Translations under genes and position numbers: made by a program | Part shown: piece after piece, positions 9,471 through 16,293 of the stretch | Layout of the letters: the number at the start of each line of letters is the position of its first letter | Position numbering within the stretch: position 1 is the first letter of the stretch | NCBI GenBank assembly: GCA_054661495.1 | Contig: BAAFSQ010000224.1 | Span: 1 to 16,293, forward strand | DNA from: Zygophlyctis sp. KS116 | Lineage: Eukaryota; Fungi; Chytridiomycota | DNA: 16,293 nucleotides | Direction of reading: 5' to 3' | The notes under the pieces: generated by a model | The model's input: the letters and a program-made list of their open reading frames with translations, nothing else | Told to the model about the DNA's origin: nothing | Databases searched by the model: none

Positions 9471-9702
9471 TGTTGCGTCCTAGGTACTCAACTAATTGGA
9501 GGTCTTGATACCTGGTTCATGGTTAGATTTACCACAAGGTTATGGAGTTTAAGAGTAGGGGCTTTGATAGCTTGGACGCTTATGCACAAGGCTGAGTAGC
9601 TAAATCACTGATCGCTGATGCTTAGATCTTTGTACTTTTTAATACAAAGTATTTTGATTGTTACATTCTTCTTTACAGTCTGAGCTAATCCAGACCGTAA
9701 CA
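9471..9702 (+). repeat. 5' LTR of element D
   Basis: TGTT...AACA, 232 bp, repeated at 14065. Confidence 0.96.
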
Positions 9703-9704
9703 TT

Positions 9705-9715
9705 TTAAAAAGTAC
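9705..9715 (+). promoter_or_regulatory. Self-priming PBS of D (TTAAAAAGTAC)
   Basis: Lies 2 nt after the LTR and is the perfect 11-bp reverse complement of LTR 9632-9642. Confidence 0.88.
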
Positions 9716-12700
9716 CTCCAAATATTTTTGAAGTAAAATATCTACAAGTTTTAAAAAGAAAATACTAATGTCTCATTCGGATCCATCTTATACTCCGACG
9801 AGAACTTTCCAATCTGACTCGGTTGAAGTTCCGAATCAATTTGGAATGCTTCTCAATATGGTGCAATCTTTGCAGGACCAAGTTTCCGTACTATCTCAGA
9901 AAACGTACGGATCACCTGATAGATCTCCTAAGTTAGTGGTACCAGCCCCCTATGATGGCTCTGCTGAAGATTTTGACGTTTTCTGGGGTGATATACATGA
10001 TTACCTAAAGGTTAAGTCTGATTCATTTCGGACTGATTTTGCTAAAATAACTTTTGTATCTAGACTCCTGACAGGTAGTGCTAAAATTTGGTTTCAGGCC
10101 GTACGGGAACGTTCTCATTAGTTTGAAGTTCCCGAGCTGAAGGATTTCATTTTATTTTCAAATAGCTTCAAGGAGCATTTTATGAATCGGGAATCTCGAT
10201 CCCAAGCCAAGGCTAAATTGGACAAACTTAAACAGGGAAGCACTAAGATGCACAATCTCTTGGCAAATGTGGAATCTTTGGTTATACAAGCAGGATTAGA
10301 TCTTTATTCTGATTATGGTATCGAGTCTGTCATAAAAACTTTAAATCCTTACTAGATCTAAGGGACGCTTTCTTATATAATCCAACCTGGAGAACTGATT
10401 ATACACTGATGAAGAAATATCTTAAGGCAAAGGAAATGAACCGTCTGGTCTCCTTGGAAATTAATGAATTGTCTGTTAAGATCCCTGGTGATGATCCAAT
10501 GGATATAAGCAGCATCAATTCTGCTTTGTCTGTCCAATTGCCAACTAAGTGGAGCAAGCTCAATGCTGAAAATTGGAAGATACTGAAAGATGCTCTATTA
10601 AAGGTGAAGTGTTGTCTTTCTTGCAGAGATTATGTGGAATTTGGACACACACAAAACTCCACCTGCAAATTTAAATCAAAGAAATTTGAGAAAATTTTCC
10701 AAAATATACCAAATTCTGAATCGTCTTGTTTTATGAACACTTTGAAAATTCCTAATAGTAGGCCATTCTTGGTTCCGATTGAAGTTTCGGGATCATTGGG
10801 GGACGGTTTAGTGGATACAGGTGCTTTGGGAAATTTATTTATAAATGAAAAACATTTGGACAAATTCGGGGTACTTGACACTAAATTTATACCACCATTA
10901 AAGCTCATATCATTTGCAGGAAATGTAGGACAAATAGTCAATCGGAAGGTCAAATTAGAATTCAAAATTCAAAAATCTACTTTTCAAGACTATTTTATGG
11001 TATTAAATAGCTGTTCAAATGATATTATTCTTGGATTAGAGTTGCTTCAAAAACATGATACAGTAATAAATTGTCAGTCAAAATCAATCGCATTTGGTAT
11101 GAAAACATCTGTCAGTCTATCGAAACGCACTCTAGCAACCTGTATATCGCTATCTGCCATACAGTCTTTGTCGAGTTCCGAGGAGTTACCTATATATTCT
11201 TATATAGTCCGTTTACCGGATTCAAAAAACGTTTCTTCTGTTCACGCGACTCCTGGTAAAATAAACTCACTACCACTGTTCTTGAAAAGTTACGCAGATG
11301 TGTTTAATTTGGAAAAACTAAAAGTCCTGCCTACTTATAATGATGCACATGCTATGCCAAAAGAACTTATTCCCGGATCCGTTACTCCTACGTCTGCACC
11401 CTACAAAATTTCAGATAAGGAGGAGACAGCTCTCAGAACTGCACTCCTAGAAGGACTTAAATCTGGAATAATATCTATTTCACAGGCTCCAGGAGGTTGC
11501 CCGATTCTTTTTGTTAAAAAACCTGATGGTACCTTGAGGCTTTGTGTTGACTATAGATCCTTAAACAAGTTAACAAGGGATACACAGGCCATCCTTCCAA
11601 ATAAAGAAGCTATTCTAAGCAATCTTTCACCATCTAAAGATCCAATTTATTCAAAAATTGATTTAAAAGGAGCTTTTCACCAGTTGAGAATAAAAATAGG
11701 AGATGAAGAAAAAACCACATTTGTTACCAAATTTGGAAAATACCAGTATAATGTGATTCCTTTTGGGTGCAAAAATGCTCCGGGTCATTTCCAGAAAGTG
11801 ATGGATAGGATATTTTCTGATTTGATTGGGAAAGGAATTTTTGTTTACCTTGATGATATCTTGATATATAAACCTGACAAGGAAATAGAAATATTTTGAA
11901 AAAAGTGCTTGAACTTCTACAAAAAAATAATTTAGTGGCCAACTTGGAGAAATGCTTGTTTGAAGTTTCTGAGGTGGAATTTCTCGGATTCCAACTTTCA
12001 AAAAAAGGATTAAGTATGCAAAATGGCAAAGTAGATTCGATTTTACAGTTTAAAGAGCCCAAAAACGTCAAATCTCTCCAACGTTTTTTAGGCCTTTGTA
12101 ACTTTTATAGATCATTCATCAAACAGTATTCTGATAAAGCGAGGCCCCTCTTTGATCTGATAAAAAAAGAAAATGAATTTATTTGGTGCAAGAAGGCTGA
12201 AGTGGCATTTAAGCAACTAAAGGAAAGCTTTAACGCAAAAAACTTCTTATTGATACCTAACAGAAGAAAACAATTTATATTATATACTGATTGTTCCAAG
12301 AAAGCTTTGGCTGGGGCTCTACATCAGATTGATCATACAGGAATGGAACGGCCTGTCTCCTTTTTTAGCAGGACTCTATCAGCCGCGGAACAAAATTATG
12401 CAATGTATGATAAAGAAATGCTTTGGATCAAATCTTCTTTACAACATTGAAGTCATCTACTTATCCAAACTGAAGTCCCTGTTAAGATTTTTTGCGACCA
12501 TCGTAATCTTACGTATTTCAAAAAACCCCAGTTACTAAATGAAAGACAAGCTCGATGGCAGGAATTTCTCGCAGACTATAACTTTGAAGTCAATTAAATA
12601 CCGGGTGAAAGGATTGTGGTTGCAGATTGTTTGTCTAGACCAGAGGGTCCGAAATTGATACAAAAAAAGTTTTTTATTTCTCGCTCACTCTGCTCAATAC

Positions 12701-12991
12701 AAAATGAATTAGAAACTCTTCAATCTGTTTCTGCAGATTCTCTATTCGATCTCTCAATAATCAGAACAAACATGCCAGAATCTTCCTCAGAGCTGAACGC
12801 AATCGAAGACCCTTCAAAGGCTACGTTAAAAAATTGGCCAGTATTCATGTATTATGTGCTGCGAGGAAAAGAGCTACCGATATCTCTTAACAAAAAATTT
12901 AAAAGTCTTGTTAAGATGAATAAAAAACACATGATAATTAAAGATGGCAAACTATTGCGTAGAATATCCTATTTGAATCAAGCTTATTATG

Positions 12992-13053
12992 TCTGTTCCA
13001 GAAGAACTTCGTGAAACAAAAATCTGTTCCAGAAGAACTTCGTGAAACAAAAA
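12992..13053 (+). repeat. Perfect 31-bp tandem duplication within D integrase
   Basis: TCTGTTCCAGAAGAACTTCGTGAAACAAAAA x2. Confidence 0.95.
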
Positions 13054-14051
13054 TTAATGAACTACATCTGACACTAGGTCATCTAGTATCAGACTCGGTT
13101 TTCGATTCTTTAAGGACCCGCTGTTGGTGGCCCTAACAACTAAAAGATTTGAAAGATTTCATCGAAAAATGTTCTATATGCCAAAGAAACCAAATAAATA
13201 AGACAAGTGGACAACCTGAAGTTCCTACACCTCCAGTGGGCATCCCGTTCTATCGTTGGAGTCTGGATTTCATCCAAGATTTGCCAACTACTGATGGTTG
13301 CAGAGGCAGTGAGAAATAGGAACGCAAAAACAGTCGCTGCTTTTTTATTTCGATTAATGTTGAAGTTTGGGGCTCCTCAAGAAATTATAACTGACCGTGC
13401 AAGCTGTTTTATGGGATATGTTATGAAAGAATACTTGGCAATTCAGCATTTTCCTACAACTTCTTATCACCCAAGATATTAGGAATGGTTGAGAGAGTAA
13501 ATGGAGTCTTAGGAGCAATACTGACTAAAATGACTTTAGGAACTGGTAAAAAATGGGATCAATTTGTCGAGCCAGCTGTTTTTGTTTTAAATGCTAGAAC
13601 ACATTCTGTTACAGGATACTCTCATTTCTATTTAGTTTATGGAATAAATCCTCGTTTGCCAGGAGATATCTTCCCTCCATGTATATTTTCAAGAAAATCC
13701 GATAATGATCTCTCACTACAGACTTATCGTTAATTAACCAGGTTGGGACAGCATAGAGCTCTTGCACTCAAAAACTCTCAGGAAAATGCTAAGAAATATG
13801 CAGCTATAGATTCTGATTTTAAACAATTTCAAGTTGGGGAATTCGTTAAGTTAAGGAATTTTACAAAGCTAAAACTGCAGTTCAGGTGGATTGGGCCGTT
13901 TATCATCGAAGCCATAGGCCCTCACAATACTTACTATCTAAAAAAGGCTGATGGATCTGTTGTCAAAAACGCTTATAATGGTGTGCATTTAGGGCCATGG
14001 AAAAGCTTGTTTGAATTAAAACGCTCAAATGCATCTTTAGAATCTACAGCC

Positions 14052-14061
14052 GGAGAGGGGG
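14052..14061 (+). promoter_or_regulatory. Polypurine tract of D (GGAGAGGGGG)
   Basis: Purine run 3 nt (TAC) before the 3' LTR. Confidence 0.9.
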
Positions 14062-14064
14062 TAC

Positions 14065-14285
14065 TGTTGCGTCCTGGGTACTCAACTAATTGGAGGTCTT
14101 GATACCTGGTTCATGGTTAGATTTACCACAAGGTTATGGAGTTTAAGAGTAGGGGCTTTGATAGCTTGGACGCTTATGCACAAGGCTGAGAAGCTAAATC
14201 ACTGATCGCTGATGCTTAGATCTTTGTACTTTTTAATACAAAGTATTTTGGTTGTTACATTCTTCTTTACATCCAGACCGTAACA
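14065..14285 (+). repeat. 3' LTR of element D
   Basis: 221-bp copy of 9471-9702. Confidence 0.96.
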
Positions 14286-14289
14286 GTTT

Positions 14290-14503
14290 TGTTAAGCGGT
14301 AATCGCTTATTACAATATTATACAGTTATTATTAGGATATTATTACTATATAAGAGTTAGCAAGTTATAACGTTCCTAATCTCGGAATATTCCTTTGTAG
14401 TAAATATCATAAAGATATTTATTATTAAGGTAAAATACATAAAGATATTTATTATTAAGATACTTGAGTATTCTCAGTTTACATATCCAGTCTACGACTG
14501 ACA
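14290..14503 (+). repeat. 5' LTR of element F
   Basis: TGTTA...TGACA with TATATAA at 14347-14353, followed by the PBS and gag ATG. The partner LTR is outside the window. Confidence 0.8.
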
Positions 14504-14505
14504 GA

Positions 14506-14516
14506 ATATTTACTAC
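14506..14516 (+). promoter_or_regulatory. Self-priming PBS of F (ATATTTACTAC)
   Basis: Lies 2 nt after the LTR and is the perfect 11-bp reverse complement of LTR 14397-14407. Confidence 0.87.
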
Positions 14517-14518
14517 CT

Positions 14519-16293
14519 ATGTATAACAACGAAGCTAATATGCGTGCTCAATCTCCTAGAGAGGAACCTACAATAAACTCACTAGCCTCAAGAACTGATT
14601 TGATGGAGAGAATGATGCATGACATGGTTCAGATGATGCGTGAACTTAAAACAAACCATACAATTGTAGAGGTGAAGAATTCAAAAATGCCGGATGTTTC
14701 AATGTACTGTGGTAATTCTGACGATTTCTCCTCCTTTGAAGTCCTAGTTGGTGCCTTTTTCCGTAACCAGCCTAAAAGATTCTCAACAGAATGCACAAAA
14801 ACCCTACATTGGTACGCGTTTGTCTGGTAGTGCTTTAAAATGGTTTACTTCTTTTCAGATTCAGGAGAGTAAAATGCAGTCTTCTAAATCTTTTGAAAGC
14901 TTTGGCCTTTCGCAATCCTAATGAAAATGATTTGGCAGAAAACAAATGACAAAAACTAAAACAAGGGAACAAAGCCATTGCAACCTTTATTACAGAATTT
15001 GAAACTGTTCGCGCTTTAACTACTTCTGTAGATGACCGGATTGACATCTTTCTAAGAGCACTTAGCCCAAATGTGCGTAAAAATGTGTTTGATGATGCTC
15101 GTCACAAACCTGCCCTTAAGACAGATTATCTTCTGCTCCAATCTTGTCTTTTGCAGGGTGTGGAAAATGAAGAGGTTTGCTCAAACTCACTGAAAGATAA
15201 TGTTATTCCAATGGATTTGTCAATGAATGTAATGCAAGGAAAACCTCAGTTTAAAAAGATGCCGATGGGAAAATGGTTAAAGTTCAAAGAATTCTGTCTG
15301 GAGTTAGGAGTTTGTCCTTACTGCATGGAATATGAGTACAGTTCTAGTTGCCCAAAAAATAAACCGTCTAAAGAATATATGCTTTCTGTTATCGCTGAGT
15401 CCGAACTCACTGTGGCTATTTCAATTGAAAACAGGAGTTTAAAGGCGTTAATTGATACAGGTGCTCAAGGAAGCGCATTTATTCGAGCTGATTTGGCCAA
15501 CCTTTTAAAATTACGTACTCGAACAAGAACACCTATTAAACTACGTGCATTTAATGGCTTAGAAGTCGAAACTATCACAACAGAAACAGAACCTATTGAT
15601 TGCATAATTGATAAATTTCATTATTCGATGGTATTTCTTATTGCAAATCACATGGTCGCTGACGTAATTTTGGGTTTTGATTGGCTCGGTAAGCAAGGAT
15701 TGTTGATTGATTGCCGCCAAAAAAGACTGATCAAATCATCTACATCTAAAAATTCAAATTGGACACCAAAATTACCATCTGATACTTTCATGTTGTGCGT
15801 TATTGAACAATCCGAAGAATTAATTCAAGAACTTCCAGAATTTATGAAGTCGTATGAAACTGTTTTCGATCTGAAACAGGCGGACAAGTTACCCCCCTAT
15901 ACCTCTGAACATGCATTTCCTATCGATATTGAGGAGGGGAAGACAGTTCCACAGAGTTTTCCTTACAAACTTTCACTTAAGGAGGAGCAAGCGCTTCGAA
16001 AAGAAATTGAAAAAGGATTGGAGAGTGGGAAAATCTCACCATCCACTGCATTGGGGTCTTGTCCTGTTATGTTCGTCAAGAAGCCTGATAAGTCTTTAAG
16101 GATGTGTATAGACTACAGAAAATTAAATGAAATTACAAAATCTTACCAGGCAATACTTCCGAATATAGAGGATATTCTGGCTTCTTTGGGATCGGATAAT
16201 GATCTCCCTCCTTTGTATTCGAAATTGGATTTGAAGGGTGCCTTTAATCTTTTAAGAATAAAAAGGGGATGTGAGCCTCTGACTTCTTTCATA
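14519..16293 (+). pseudogene. pol: Gag-Pol of F: broken gag, then an open frame 14950-16293 (gag C-term, PR, RT start) missing from the ORF track because it runs off the window
   Basis: Manual translation of frame 1: LKQGNK...FITEF, PMDLS, LIDTGA (DTG 15454-15462), ILGFDWL, LRMCIDYRKLN, SKLDLKGAF. In-frame TGA at 14947-14949 and a frameshift near 14805. Confidence 0.9.

Larger units (their letters stand above)
9768..14102 (+). pseudogene. pol: Gag-Pol polyprotein of D with multiple stops and frameshifts
   Basis: PAPYDG...LTGSAKIWF (gag), PMDIS, LVDTGA (PR), LRLCVDYRSLN and YLDD (RT), YTDCS and NYAMYDKEML (RH), IITDRA, MVERVN and WIGPFII (IN). Confidence 0.95.
9471..14285 (+). mobile_element. 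Ty3/Gypsy element D, near full length, inactivated; 4-bp TSD GTTT
   Basis: LTRs 9471-9702 and 14065-14285 (3 substitutions + one 11-bp indel). GTTT at 9467-9470 and 14286-14289. PBS, PPT and all domains present. Confidence 0.96.
14290..16293 (+). mobile_element. Ty3/Gypsy element F, 5' part (continues beyond window)
   Basis: TG...CA LTR-like segment followed by a self-complementary PBS, gag, PR and RT start. Confidence 0.9.

Noticed and set aside
1203-14285. Repeat-induced point mutation (RIP) signature
   Set aside because: LTR-pair differences include several transversions and indels, and long ORF segments remain open. There is no dominant CpA-to-TpA pattern in this small sample.
2480-16099. 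Short antisense and alternative-frame ORFs in the track (e.g. 2480-2689, 5757-6044, 7981-8250, 10630-10965, 11663-12071, 15911-16099)
   Set aside because: They are shadows of gag/pol frames, with no recognisable motifs and no conservation between related elements.

Overview
The window is almost entirely a stack of degraded Ty3/Gypsy (Metaviridae) LTR retrotransposons from a eukaryote, probably a fungus (inference). No host gene is visible. From left to right it holds two solo LTRs (~106-285, 290-542), a heavily deleted tRNA-primed element A (548-1201, -), element B (1203-4870, -, RNase H and most of integrase deleted), element C (4874-9270, -, 5' end deleted), solo LTR E (~9271-9465, -), near-complete element D (9471-14285, +, 4-bp TSD GTTT) and the 5' part of element F (14290-end, +). 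Two structural signals stand out. First, the different families are not nested inside each other's bodies. They abut LTR-end to LTR-end with only 0-5 bp GT-rich spacers, and orientation switches once at ~9466, which suggests repeated site-specific integration at LTR termini. Second, B, D and F each have a PBS that is the exact reverse complement of a family-specific 10-11-mer in their own LTR (Tf1-type self-priming), embedded in a conserved TTTGT...A(C/T)AAA hairpin, while A has a conventional TGG tRNA-type PBS.
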